A DNA stretch of 64,000 bases from a bacterium (GTDB lineage: Bacteria; SAR324; XYD2-FULL-50-16): contig JAVVEA010000001.1 in assembly GCA_032250835.1 (NCBI GenBank), positions 542,765-606,764 on the forward strand, given 5' to 3'. The translations under genes and the position numbers were made by a program. Below, piece by piece: positions 1 to 9,818 of this stretch (position 1 is the stretch's first letter; every line of letters begins with the position of its first letter). The notes under the pieces were generated by a model that did not search any database, was not told where the DNA came from, and worked only from the letters and a program-made list of their open reading frames with translations.

Positions 1-556
1 CTCCGGCGGCTTCGGGCAGGGCGGCTAAATCGGGGCCTAGGCTCTGCCAAAGCTGGCTGACTGCCTGAATATTCTGCGCCGCAGCCTGAGCCATCAAGCC
101 CACTTGAGTGGCCCGGCCGATCAAGTATCGCTCCTCAAGCTCAATTAACTTCGGTTCCATGCTGAAGCCTTTAAAGAGGTGGTTTAAGTAATCTGCGTCC
201 ATCTTAGCTTTCTGGGGGATCAGCCAGCGGCCCTGGTGGCTGCGTCGGAAAGCCGAGGGGCTTTGGCCAAAGGCCCGCTTAAAGGCCCGGCAAAAGACCT
301 CGTGGGATTCATAGCCTTGGTTCAGCGCGATATCTAAAACCTTTTGCGGGGTTTCGGCCAAAGCCTTTGCGGCCACAGAAAGCCGCCGCGCGGCTATATA
401 CTCGCCCAGACTTTCGCCCAAGAGGACCTTAAAAACCCGCTGGAAGTGCCAGGACGAATATCCGGCTACCTCGGCCACTTCAGCGCAGCTTAAAGCGCGG
501 TCCAGGTGATTTTCCACAAAATCGATAGCTCCGTTGATCCTGGTTAGATAGCTCAT
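1..556 (-). CDS. AraC family transcriptional regulator (Rob-like HTH, probably with GyrI-like domain), runs off window edge
   Basis: Manual translation from ATG at 556: MSYLTRINGAIDFVENHLDRALSCAEVAEVAGYSSWHFQRVFK...GYESHEVFCRAFKRAFGQSPSAFR; absent from ORF track because truncated. Confidence 0.85.
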   Translation of the reverse strand, partial: MSYLTRINGAIDFVENHLDRALSCAEVAEVAGYSSWHFQRVFKVLLGESLGEYIAARRLSVAAKALAETPQKVLDIALNQGYESHEVFCRAFKRAFGQSPSAFRRSHQGRWLIPQKAKMDADYLNHLFKGFSMEPKLIELEERYLIGRATQVGLMAQAAAQNIQAVSQLWQSLGPDLAALPEAAG

Positions 557-686
557 GGGCCCATGATAATAATTGAAAATAGTTCCTTCTTGATCAATCC
601 TGCGCCCAGTTTTGGGGAGCTTCCCTTGGGGCTTGAGAAAGCTGGGGCGCTGTGGGATAATGCGGTTTAACTAACGGTAGGGAACC

Positions 687-1136
687 ATGTCTAGTATTGT
701 CCGCAACAAAAAGGCCTTCTTCGAATATGAGATTTTGGAGAAGTTCGAAGCCGGGATCGCCCTGGTCGGTACGGAGGTCAAGAGCCTACGCGCCGGGAAG
801 GTGAAGATCATTGAGGCCTTCTGCCGGGTCAATAACTCCTTTGAACTGGAGTTGCATATGCTCGACATCGCCCAATACACCCACGGCAACCTAAACAACC
901 ACGAACGCACCCGCGTGCGTAAGTTGTTGATGCACAAAAACGAAATCCGCCGCATCGACCAAAAGACCCGTGAAAAGGGCCTGACCATCGTGCCCATTTC
1001 GCTTTATTTTAAGCGCGGCAAGGTGAAGGTGGAAATCGCCCTGGCCAAGGGCAAGAAACTACACGACAAACGCGCCGACATGAAGGCCAAAGACGCCAAG
1101 ATGGAAATCGACCGCGCCCTCAAAGGCCAGCACTAG
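687..1136 (+). CDS. smpB: SsrA-binding protein
   Basis: NKKAFFEYEILEKFEAGIALVGTEVKSLR, RKLLMHKNEI, KGKKLHDKR motifs. Confidence 0.98.
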   Translation: MSSIVRNKKAFFEYEILEKFEAGIALVGTEVKSLRAGKVKIIEAFCRVNNSFELELHMLDIAQYTHGNLNNHERTRVRKLLMHKNEIRRIDQKTREKGLTIVPISLYFKRGKVKVEIALAKGKKLHDKRADMKAKDAKMEIDRALKGQH

Positions 1137-1282
1137 TGTCCCGTTCGGTGGATTCGTTTACACAGCTTCCGTATTGGGACTTTGAGACAAAACTTAAACC
1201 AGCAGAGGCGACGGGCGTAGCTTCAGGTTCCAGGTTCTGGGTTCTGGGGAGCACAAAGCCTTGTTAGGTTAAAAGTGATGGG

Positions 1283-1840
1283 ACTACTTTTTTTGGCTCA
1301 TTAAGGAGCTTCGAGGCCGCAGGCCGAGGGCGACGTGTGTGACGACGCGAGCTGGCGAGTGTTGCGCAGCCTAAACCGTTGGCGAAGCCAACACTCAACG
1401 AAAAAGTAGCAAAAAAACCAGCCCCCAGGTGGCTCGCCGCTAAGACCCCGTACACCAAACTACGCTAAAAGCCAAAACTCGCCCCGCCAAGCAGCACCGA
1501 ACGAAGTGAGGGCTGCGGGCGTAGCGACGCGAGCCAGCGAGTGTTGCTCATGTTGACGGTCGGCGAAGCCGACTCCCTTACGCTCGGTGCTCGAACAGTT
1601 GGCTTTCTTAACGCTCCGTTTGGCTACGGGCTCTAAGCGTCTCACCAACGGGGGAACCATAAAGGCCCTTACTGTACGGCTATGGCAAAAGGGAAATTTA
1701 CGGCGTAGCCGACTCCTAAGTGGTCGGTGCTCGAACAGTTGGCATTTTGGCTAGGCAATACTCGCCGGCTCGCATTGCTACCCACGCAGCCCTCGGCCTG
1801 TCGGCCTCGAAGCTGCTTAGCGTGGCTACGGGCTCAAAGC
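1283..1840. repeat. Cluster of modular palindromic (REP/REPIN-like) repeats
   Basis: Module A at ~1326-1365 and ~1508-1547, inverted at ~1755-1795; module B CGGCG(A/T)AGCCGACTCC..CGGTGCTCGAACAGTTGGC at 1561-1603 and 1701-1743; module C TGGCTACGGGCTC at 1621 and 1823; GCGAAGC hairpins. Confidence 0.75.
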
Positions 1841-2016
1841 TGCTCGAAAAAATGGGGGAGGGTCTACGCAGTCAAGCTTTGGATTGAGCCGAAGAGTTTA
1901 AAATAGCCGGAAGTCTGAAATCAAGGTGGGAATCAGATGTAAACCTAACAGCCAAACGAGACACTAGCGCGTCTCATCCAATCTTGGCGAGACGAGCTAG
2001 GCCTATAGGTTGACTT

Positions 2017-3543
2017 TTAAAAGTCTACAATGTCCGAAGTGCTCACGCCGGAAGCGCCGGTGGACAGGTCGATACTCCCCAGATAGTCCTTGCCGATATT
2101 GGCCGAGTCGGTGCCGAACTTCCACCAGTGTTTGAGATTTGCAGAACTGCTATAATTGCCCCCATCCACACTCAAGTCGGCGGTGGCACTGCCGGAACTA
2201 TAAAGCGCCGTCACTTCGCTGGCACTCAAGACGCTGCCCCAAAGGGCCAAGGAGTTGACGTTGCCGGTGAAGTTGTAAGAACTAATCGCTCCGTTGTAGT
2301 TGCCAACCGTCAGATATTCGTTCCCGTCGGTCTGGTTCCCGCTGAAGCTGCTACTAACTGGCGTTGCGCTAGCCAAGGAGCCGTTGACGTAAAACTTCAA
2401 GCTCTTGGTTGAGCCGTCCCAAGTCAAGACTAGGTGATAAACCGAGCCGGTCGCGTAGCTGCTGCTAGTCAAGGATTCATGAGCCAAACTGCCGGTGCTT
2501 TGCCCATGGACTGCATAGCGGAAGTTGCCGCCGCTTTGGTAGCGGATTTCTATGGCCCCTTCTTCGTAGTTCGCCGTTGGGGTCATGAACAAGATATAGC
2601 CTTGAACGCTAGGGTAACTGGTCGGCTTGACCCAGGTGGAGATGCTAAAGGTATTGCTGACCCCGAAGGTGCTGGCTGTGCTGTTGCGCAGGAACTTGGT
2701 GGGGGATAGTGCGACGGCTTTCGCGTTGCTGGTCACGCTCAAGCCCGAAGCGGTGAGCGCCTGAGTCGTGTAGCTCAGCGTCGATGCGCTGGCTAGGCTG
2801 GTAGCGTCGGTAGCGGCGGCTGTGGTGGTGATTTTTAGGTTGTAAGTCGTGCCGCTGGCGGCCCCGCTGGGGGTGATGACTAGTACCTTTTTGTCCGTAG
2901 ATAGCGCCAAGCTTAAGGCGAGGCAGTTGGTGAAACTGTCCGCCGAGATTTGGACGCTCCCGGTGCAGGTACCCGCACTGGAATTGGCCGTCAGGCTGGT
3001 GGTATCCATCGCCTTGCTGAAGGTCGCGGTAACGGCAGAACTCGCCGACACCCCAGTAACACCGTCAACTCGGTCGTAGCTAACCGTTGGGGCCGAGGCG
3101 ACAATGAAGCCGTCGGCCATGGTATCGTTGGCTGCCATCGTCGCACCGTTGCTGCCCTGGGCACCGGTCGTTACTTTAAGCTTGTAGGTCGTTGCCGCAG
3201 ATAAATTGCTGCTGGGCGTCGCGGTATAAGATAGTTGGTCGCTAGATTCGCTAAGGGTCGAATTTAAGGGAACGCAGGTTACAAAATCGTCGCTCGAAAG
3301 CTGGATCACGCCGGTGCAATCGGCAGAACCGTCGTTGGTGGTGATGGAACTACTGCTCATGGTCTGATCAAAGGTGACCTTGAGGGTGCTGTTGGCCGCT
3401 ACCGATGCATCCCCATTGGCTGGGGTAGTAGAGCTTACCGTCGGTAAGTCGGCGGTGGCCACCTCATCTTCTTTCGGGGCTGCGCAGCCCAACAAGAAAA
3501 ACGGAATCAACGCAATAGACAAGTACTTTAGGTTTGTTTTCAT
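2017..3543 (-). CDS. Lipoprotein with two bacterial Ig-like (Big_5-type) domains and C-terminal LamG/ConA-like domain
   Basis: Lipobox LLGC; two PTVS..TF..M..SS Ig repeats; FSISTWVKP, HLVLTWDG, FYVNG, LSASEVTALY LamG motifs. Confidence 0.85.
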   Translation of the reverse strand: MKTNLKYLSIALIPFFLLGCAAPKEDEVATADLPTVSSTTPANGDASVAANSTLKVTFDQTMSSSSITTNDGSADCTGVIQLSSDDFVTCVPLNSTLSESSDQLSYTATPSSNLSAATTYKLKVTTGAQGSNGATMAANDTMADGFIVASAPTVSYDRVDGVTGVSASSAVTATFSKAMDTTSLTANSSAGTCTGSVQISADSFTNCLALSLALSTDKKVLVITPSGAASGTTYNLKITTTAAATDATSLASASTLSYTTQALTASGLSVTSNAKAVALSPTKFLRNSTASTFGVSNTFSISTWVKPTSYPSVQGYILFMTPTANYEEGAIEIRYQSGGNFRYAVHGQSTGSLAHESLTSSSYATGSVYHLVLTWDGSTKSLKFYVNGSLASATPVSSSFSGNQTDGNEYLTVGNYNGAISSYNFTGNVNSLALWGSVLSASEVTALYSSGSATADLSVDGGNYSSSANLKHWWKFGTDSANIGKDYLGSIDLSTGASGVSTSDIVDF

Positions 3544-3802
3544 GGGAAAGTCCTCCTGTTACCCATTGATGGCCAGACATGAATCTTTCGCTCTGCAACT
3601 TCATGTTAACATTTAATCGAAAATTTCTGACCAATAATCTACCTTCTGCATTGACCAAGCCAAAGTCGAATATTTTTCCACGACATTCGGTTTCTTCGAG
3701 ATTCCGGCCTCTTGAAGCCGCTTGACCTAAAGACTGAAGCAAGGTAGAATGGTTTCAGCTTTAAAGGAGAATTTATCCTTTAAAGTCCCTGCCTTTCCTT
3801 TT

Positions 3803-4221
3803 GGGGGTGTAATTGGATCTCGACTGGGATGAGCGGGAAGTAGAGAAGCAAGCCGTGGTTGATCGAAGGGCCACGTGAAAAATCGATTGATTAGTAACTG
3901 CTAACAACAGCGAATACAACCTGAACGAAGTAGCTATTGCTGCATAAGCAATAGCCATCTTAGCGATGGTTTTCGGCCCCCGGTTCTGCCGCGGGCTGGG
4001 CGGGAGCGGCGACGATGTCTGGTAATCGTTGTCTTCTGTAACACCACCAGGCTGGTTTTTTGCGGGGCTGTGACGCAAGAAACGAGAACAACCGCAGCTG
4101 GCGTGATATGAGGTCGCCCGATACCAAGACCATCACGCAAGATCAAAATTACGGGCTAAGCTTGTAGAATGCTATTTCCTCCAGCCACAGGACCCGGGTT
4201 CGACTCCCGGCACCTCCACCA
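3803..4221 (+). ncRNA. ssrA: tmRNA; tag peptide ANNSEYNLNEVAIAA* encoded at 3900-3947
   Basis: 5' GGGGGTG pairs with 3' CACCTCC-ACCA including G3.U; T-arm CCGGGTTCGACTCCCGG; tag ORF ends AIAA-TAA; near smpB. Confidence 0.95.
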
Positions 4222-4263
4222 AACATTTCAGGAACTTGCACGTCATAGTGTCCATATAGGTGT

Positions 4264-5253
4264 CTATTCTTGGACAACATGCGAAGTAATTTCTCTCAGT
4301 ACCCTTAAAAGGCCTTTTTCCTCGCTTTTCCGCACAAATGCCAGATACTGGCCATCCCACCCTCTAAGCAATAGGGCCCGAACATATTGATATTCAACCA
4401 AAATGCCACTGGTCCCTAATGGCCCTTCATCTTGTTCAAAGGGCTCAGGCTTGAATATTTGAAAGTGCTTTTGGCCGAAAGCTACATGCCAAAGCTCACC
4501 TGATCTATCATAATGGGGACTATAGTCAGTTTGGGTTATAACCCTCTGCGCATTTTGTATTGAAGAACCATGGGTTGGTAGCTGAGATAGATCAACTACT
4601 AAGATGGTCGGTCCAAGTTGAAATTGTCCCTCTTTTAGATTCTGTTCGATCTGCTTGATGATAGAGCAAATAATCATTTTTGCAGACCAAGGATCATAAG
4701 TCGGCAGATGGTCTTTTTTATCGTCTTGGTCTTTTTTATATGGTTCTACGGTGGTGATAGAAATAGCCAATCGTTTTCCTTTTTTTAGCTGATCTTCAAT
4801 ATCGATCTTAGCATTAGTAAATTGGTCCAAAATATTTTTATATTTGGACTTACCATTGAGTTGGTGTAGCGATTTGACTTCAAAGTAGTACTTCGTTTTA
4901 TTATAAGGCAGAAAATAGGTGAAATCTGGTTTTTTCCCAGCAGTCCCTTCAGGATTCTTTTCAAGTTGCGGCAAAGATGCTCTTAGTTCTTTATAAATTT
5001 TTGCTTCTCTTACAACACCGTGCAACTGCATAAGCGGAACAACATTGCCAAATTCATTAAGTGATTGAATTACAAATCTTTTAGCAACTTCACCATATTG
5101 TTTAAACATAAGCTCTTCTGAATCCTCCAAAAAGTAGGCAAACTCTTTAGTGATCTGTTGTAAAATTGTAATCTCACCGGATATACCGTTATATTCCTGT
5201 TTTAATAAGAGAATAAGTTGCCAAAGATTTTTGTTCTCTAGAATTTCTTCCAC
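4264..5253 (-). CDS. AT-rich PD-(D/E)XK nuclease-like protein (true start probably GTG at 5253)
   Basis: KKPDF...YYFEVKSL motif; G-rich SD-like sequence upstream of GTG; visibly AT-rich. Confidence 0.6.
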   Translation of the reverse strand: MEEILENKNLWQLILLLKQEYNGISGEITILQQITKEFAYFLEDSEELMFKQYGEVAKRFVIQSLNEFGNVVPLMQLHGVVREAKIYKELRASLPQLEKNPEGTAGKKPDFTYFLPYNKTKYYFEVKSLHQLNGKSKYKNILDQFTNAKIDIEDQLKKGKRLAISITTVEPYKKDQDDKKDHLPTYDPWSAKMIICSIIKQIEQNLKEGQFQLGPTILVVDLSQLPTHGSSIQNAQRVITQTDYSPHYDRSGELWHVAFGQKHFQIFKPEPFEQDEGPLGTSGILVEYQYVRALLLRGWDGQYLAFVRKSEEKGLLRVLREITSHVVQE

Positions 5254-5815
5254 GCCACCCCCTTCAATTCCTGTTCTGTAACTAAAGTTATACCGCTGAA
5301 AGGTCTTAGTGGTAGTATGCCCTGAAAGGGCCATGATTTGGAAGAAGTCATTACCTGCAAGCCGCAAGTTATTGATGGCGCAGTGTCTCAAGTCATGGAA
5401 GGTGAAGTCTCCCAGGCCAGCCTGTTCAACGGCGGCAACATAGTCTTTGCGGATGTTCCCATAAAAGCCCGCTATCGGCCTCCCTTCCTTCAAGAAGACC
5501 CCGGCTGTTCCAATCCCGCGCGGTAGCTTCTTCAACCAACTTTTAACCTTCGGGTGAATCGGCACAGATCGCTTGCGGCGGGTCTTAGTGTCTGTTCTTT
5601 CCAACCTAATAAAGCCCTCGCCCAAGTCCACTTTATCCCAAGTCAATTTTACGATTTCGTCTTGCCGCATGGCCATATAAAAGGCCATCGAGACAATAGG
5701 CTTCAGGTATTCCGGGCTAGCGTTCCACAACCTCAAATACTCTTGCTCTGACAGCACCCTTGCCCGGACGTTGTCTTCTGGAAGTTTCTTGATGTTGGTG
5801 ATCGGGTCCACTATA
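5238..5815 (-). pseudogene. Tyrosine recombinase/phage integrase remnant, catalytic domain only, with C-terminal frameshift
   Basis: MRQDEI, FHDLRH, LSGH, RY catalytic motifs; N-terminal domains missing; extra T at 5284-5286. Confidence 0.85.
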
Positions 5816-5828
5816 ACAACACGAGGGG

Positions 5829-6104
5829 TTGAAGAAGCAGTCTTATGAAGAAATCGCTTTAAACCCAAAGTACTTAGCCCGTGATACTTCTGGAAAGGAA
5901 GATAAAAAGCTGAAGCTAATGAAGGCCATGGGAGCAAAGGCCAAGTTGTTTGACGACATTACCGAGGCGATCTTGCAAGACCAAGGCTTTGCTGTTGAGC
6001 CAGACAGTGAGCTATACAAGGTACTGCGGAAGAACTTAGCAGGATTGCAGCCCCGGCGAGATCAACCCGCTTCAGAAGCGTTTTTAACTGGCTATCATGT
6101 CTAG
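5829..6104 (+). pseudogene. Gene fragment, possibly the linker region of a second integrase
   Basis: ILQDQGFAVEPDSELYKVLRKNLA resembles linker segments of long phage integrases (recalled resemblance); no good start. Confidence 0.35.
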
Positions 6105-6237
6105 TTATGTGACTATGCTAGATAGGTTGGAAGATGCAGAAGCTTTTGATGGCTAGGGTTTCATTGGCCCTATCTAAGCTCACCTGAGCTATCACCCAAG
6201 TTTTGTTGCCCTGTACTTAACCGCTTCCTAAGGGGTC

Positions 6238-6531
6238 GTGATGATGCAGAAAATGCTGTTAGTGTTTATCTTTGCCCTTGTTTCCTTTAGTGAACTATTT
6301 GCAGGAAGCGCTTGGCCGATGGAGTTTCTTTCGGAGGCTGAATTTCGCCGGCTCAACGCGCAAAAATACTATTCACCGGTCAGATTGAGTAAGCAGGAAG
6401 AGCTAGCCAAAGCGCTCGAACTTGAAATCCTCGGTTTTGCTTATTTTATAGGGGACTATGGCGTTAACGATAGCTTCAGGAAAGTCACCAAGGGACACAA
6501 AACACTGCTCCCCTTAGGACCGCAACATTGA
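6238..6531 (+). CDS. Short secreted hypothetical protein, possibly a truncated Sel1-repeat protein
   Basis: Signal peptide; LGFAYFIGDYGVNDSFRK is Sel1-like. Confidence 0.4.
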   Translation: MMMQKMLLVFIFALVSFSELFAGSAWPMEFLSEAEFRRLNAQKYYSPVRLSKQEELAKALELEILGFAYFIGDYGVNDSFRKVTKGHKTLLPLGPQH

Positions 6532-6791
6532 CCCACCCAAAGTTACCGACCTATTTCGTTTCCAGCGTTGGTTTCAACCAGCCTGAACGTCTCTTTTCTA
6601 TGAGCCGGAAACCCGCTCCTGATGACGGTGACCAGCCCCCATTTGGCCAATTTTTGAAGTCATCCCGAGGTCATTTAACGTGGCCCCGTTTTTGAGGGGC
6701 TGTTCAGCAGGCCTGTTCCCGGCATGCTTAGCTTGACAGTGGTCCGAAAAACCGGCACTTCAGAAGCAAAACCCCGAACCCGATAGCTATA

Positions 6792-7316
6792 ATGAGCAAC
6801 TCAAGCCCCATAAAGGCAGGCGAACTGGCCTTGGAACGAATCATCTTTGCCAGCCGTTGGATACAGGCCCCTGTATACCTCGGCTTGATCCTCGGCGCGA
6901 TGCTTTACACCTATAAGTTCGCTGTCGAATTGATTCACCTGACCCTAGAAACCCCGCATTTGACCGAAGAGCAGTTGATGCTGGGGATTTTGACCTTGGT
7001 GGATGTTTCCATGGTGTTGAATCTACTCTTCATGGTGGTGATCGGAGGTTATGCTACCTTCGTTAGCCATATGGATATCTACGAGCACGAAGACCGGCCC
7101 GATTGGCTAGAGAAAATCGACGCAGGCATGCTTAAAGTCAAACTCGCAGCGGCTTTGGTTAGCATTTCAGCGATCCACCTGCTCAAAGCCTTCGTCAACA
7201 TCGAGAATAAAAGCTTTGAGCAATTAAAGTGGCAGGTGATCTTGCATCTGGTTTTTCTGCTTTCGGCGGTTGTGCTAGCGCTAATGGAATGGGTGATCAA
7301 AAAGAGCCATCACTAA
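6792..7316 (+). CDS. UPF0114 / YqhA family membrane protein
   Basis: ERIIFASRWIQAPVYLGL, GGYATFVS, LKVKLA..LVSISAIHLLKAF. Confidence 0.9.
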   Translation: MSNSSPIKAGELALERIIFASRWIQAPVYLGLILGAMLYTYKFAVELIHLTLETPHLTEEQLMLGILTLVDVSMVLNLLFMVVIGGYATFVSHMDIYEHEDRPDWLEKIDAGMLKVKLAAALVSISAIHLLKAFVNIENKSFEQLKWQVILHLVFLLSAVVLALMEWVIKKSHH

Positions 7317-7377
7317 TCCGAGTAGGGGTGACTTCCTTAAAACCGGCGGTCCGCCGAACCCTGTTGCTTATTAAACC

Positions 7378-7980
7378 TCAGGCCTTCGTCGCCAGGGCCA
7401 AAAAGATCGGGTAGGTGTTGGTTTCTTTGACGGCCTCAAAGGCAGTGACGAACCGGACCTGTTCAAAGCCATAGGTTTCCAGCAGTCCCTGTAGGTAGTC
7501 GCGCCGGATGCCTGAGTGAAAAACCCCCTGGGTCCCGGCGGGGTGGAAGCTGCCGTCCTCTTCGTCCAGATCGGCCAGCGCCACTTGACCGCCCGCTTTT
7601 AGGTGCTCGGCAAACTGGGCGATCATCTTTTCGGTGTCCTCGACGTGGTGCATGGCCATAGCGCTCATGATCAGGTCGTAAAACTCGCCGGTAGGTACAT
7701 GGACCATATTTTGGCACAGGATCTCGACCTTGCCCTTCAGTTCCTGCTTGGCCAACAGTTGCTCTAACATAGCCTGCGAAACGTCCACCGCCGTGACTTT
7801 TTGGACGTAAGGGGCAATCTTAGAGGTGATCATGCCCGTTCCGGCCCCAAAATCCAAAACATGCATCTGCGGATGCAACGCGACTTCGTCGATGATCGAC
7901 TGGCTGATGGCTTTAGATAGCTGGGCCACCAAACTGTTTTGATCCCACTCTTTGGCTTTTTCTTTAAATAGATCGGTCAT
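7378..7980 (-). CDS. Class I SAM-dependent methyltransferase
   Basis: VLDFGAGTG motif; MAMHHVED; ADLDEEDGSFH; start chosen at MTDLFKEK. Confidence 0.9.
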   Translation of the reverse strand: MTDLFKEKAKEWDQNSLVAQLSKAISQSIIDEVALHPQMHVLDFGAGTGMITSKIAPYVQKVTAVDVSQAMLEQLLAKQELKGKVEILCQNMVHVPTGEFYDLIMSAMAMHHVEDTEKMIAQFAEHLKAGGQVALADLDEEDGSFHPAGTQGVFHSGIRRDYLQGLLETYGFEQVRFVTAFEAVKETNTYPIFLALATKA

Positions 7981-8321
7981 CTGATTTCTCCTGGGTTTTT
8001 TATGCACTTTAGGCCCATTCTAAAGAGTTCACAAGCAGGGGCCGCATAGATTTTGCTGGGGAGCGTCCCGCCCCAACAGCCAACGAATCCCCACAAAGGC
8101 CGGGGTGGGTTTAAATCAAAAGGGTAGCAGCATTTGATCCGCATTGTGTTAACCTGACCGCAAGGGGGCCGGCCAATCAAGGCCCTTTGCGGCCCCCAAC
8201 GCGCCCCCGGTGGCCGCGCTCATTTTTAGGCTATTACAGCCTAAGGGATTGTGAGATACTCGCAGGAGGAACTAGCCCCTAAGGAGCTGGGGGCAAGTTC
8301 AGAACCTTTCCTAGGGCAACC

Positions 8322-8786
8322 ATGACCCAGCTATATTGTTTAAAGCAGGAACAAACCCTCAACATTCCTATCGACCAAGCTTGGCAGTTTTTCTCGAACC
8401 CCTACAACCTGGGCGAGATCACCCCGCCGCAGATGGGGTTTAAGATCACCAACGAAGCCAATGCGCTCAGTTATGAGGGGCAAATCATTAGCTACCAAAT
8501 CGGGATTTTGCCCTTCATCACCACTACCTGGGTGACTGAAGTCAAAGGGCTACAATTACACCGGCAATTCGTTGATGAGCAACGCTTCGGTCCTTACGCC
8601 TTTTGGCACCACCATCACTGCTTTGAATCCCTCGACGGCGCGGTACGGATGACCGACGAAGTGCATTACGTGATGCCCTTTGGCTTGATTGGGCGGTTGG
8701 TGCATTTTCTTTATGTAGGCCGCAAACTAAAATCAATCTTCGAGTTCCGCCGAAAAGTCCTGGCCCAACGCTTCGGGGAACCATGA
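8322..8786 (+). CDS. SRPBCC family protein
   Basis: WQFFSNPYNL..ITPP, FVDEQRFGPYAFWHHHH. Confidence 0.88.
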   Translation: MTQLYCLKQEQTLNIPIDQAWQFFSNPYNLGEITPPQMGFKITNEANALSYEGQIISYQIGILPFITTTWVTEVKGLQLHRQFVDEQRFGPYAFWHHHHCFESLDGAVRMTDEVHYVMPFGLIGRLVHFLYVGRKLKSIFEFRRKVLAQRFGEP

Positions 8787-9247
8787 ATCTATTCATTTTT
8801 TCGCTAGAGCATGAAGAAAACGCCCGGTTCCACTGCGACCGGCATGTGGTCAAAATGTGTATCGAATACGCCCAGTTGCTCTCTACCGCTTGCCGGTTAA
8901 AGGGCCAAGACGAAGGATACCGGCTGACCCATGTTAACCACCCTTGCTCCTTGTGGGTACAAAAATCAAAAGCCAACTGGCGATGGGTGTTGGACTTATT
9001 GGCGGCACTAAATGCGGAATATCGTTTTCGTTACGGCAAAGAACCAAACCATAAGTCCTTTGAGGTGGCCCAAAGCCTTACTTGCCCGGACTTACCTAAC
9101 GAGGGGCTCAGCCCTTTTGCTCAGGTCATGCCCGAGCAATACCGACAAGCAGACTGCGTACAGGCCTACAGAGATTACTTTAGGGGTGAAAAGCGGCGGC
9201 TGGCGCAATGGACTAAGCGAGAGGTACCTGGATGGTTTTCAAACTAA
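8783..9247 (+). CDS. Pyrimidine dimer DNA glycosylase/endonuclease V-related family protein
   Basis: MNLFIF..HCDRHVVKM.IEYAQLLST, THVNHPC..W, AYRDYF, WTKRE.P.WF. Confidence 0.75.
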   Translation: MNLFIFSLEHEENARFHCDRHVVKMCIEYAQLLSTACRLKGQDEGYRLTHVNHPCSLWVQKSKANWRWVLDLLAALNAEYRFRYGKEPNHKSFEVAQSLTCPDLPNEGLSPFAQVMPEQYRQADCVQAYRDYFRGEKRRLAQWTKREVPGWFSN

Positions 9248-9257
9248 AGGATTGGGC

Positions 9258-9818
9258 ATGAAAAAGTTTTTATTATGGCGCTCTGGTCTCTTAGCGCTCC
9301 TGTTCGCGCTGGCTAGCCTTTGGCCTTCTGTGGCTTCGGCTGAACCGCCCGAGGTGGTGCCCAAGGTGGATTTAGCGAGGTATCTAGGGGACTGGTATGA
9401 AATCGCCGCTTACCCCCAATGGTTTCAAAAAGGTTGCACCGCCACCTTGGCAAACTACTCAATGCGAGCAGACCAAAGCTTGAGGGTATTAAATCGCTGC
9501 AAGCTCCAGGACCCAAAGAGCGGCAAAGAAAAGGAAGCCGAAGGAATCGCCTGGGTCGTCGATTCCCAAAGCAACGCCAAACTAAAGGTCCAGTTCTTTT
9601 TGTCCTCTTGGTTTCGGGCTGATTTTTTGGCCGGTGATTATTGGATCATTGCTTTGGGTGAGGACTACCAATACGCCGTAGTGTCCGACCCGACCAAGGA
9701 ATACCTATGGATTCTCGCGCGCCAGCCCATCCTGGCGGAGGCGACCTTAGAGGCGATTTTAAAAAACCTGCAAGCCCAGGGGTATGACCTGGAAAAATTG
9801 CAGTACACCAAGCATTAA
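9258..9818 (+). CDS. blc: Bacterial lipocalin (Blc-like)
   Basis: VDLARYLGDWYEIA, AKLKVQFF, GDYWII, YLWILAR; ATG at 9258. Confidence 0.9.
   Translation: MKKFLLWRSGLLALLFALASLWPSVASAEPPEVVPKVDLARYLGDWYEIAAYPQWFQKGCTATLANYSMRADQSLRVLNRCKLQDPKSGKEKEAEGIAWVVDSQSNAKLKVQFFLSSWFRADFLAGDYWIIALGEDYQYAVVSDPTKEYLWILARQPILAEATLEAILKNLQAQGYDLEKLQYTKH

Noticed and set aside
1283-1840. CRISPR array or integron attC array
   Set aside because: No regular repeat-spacer periodicity, no cas or intI gene, no ORFs between units, and only partial RYYYAAC/GTTRRRY boxes
4191-4221. Stand-alone tRNA or duplicated att site
   Set aside because: It is the tmRNA 3' end; no second copy was spotted by eye in the window
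3773-4390. Track ORFs 3773..4078, 3934..4146, 4169..4390 and 4172..4360
   Set aside because: They overlap the tmRNA gene or the nuclease-like gene and have no recognisable motifs
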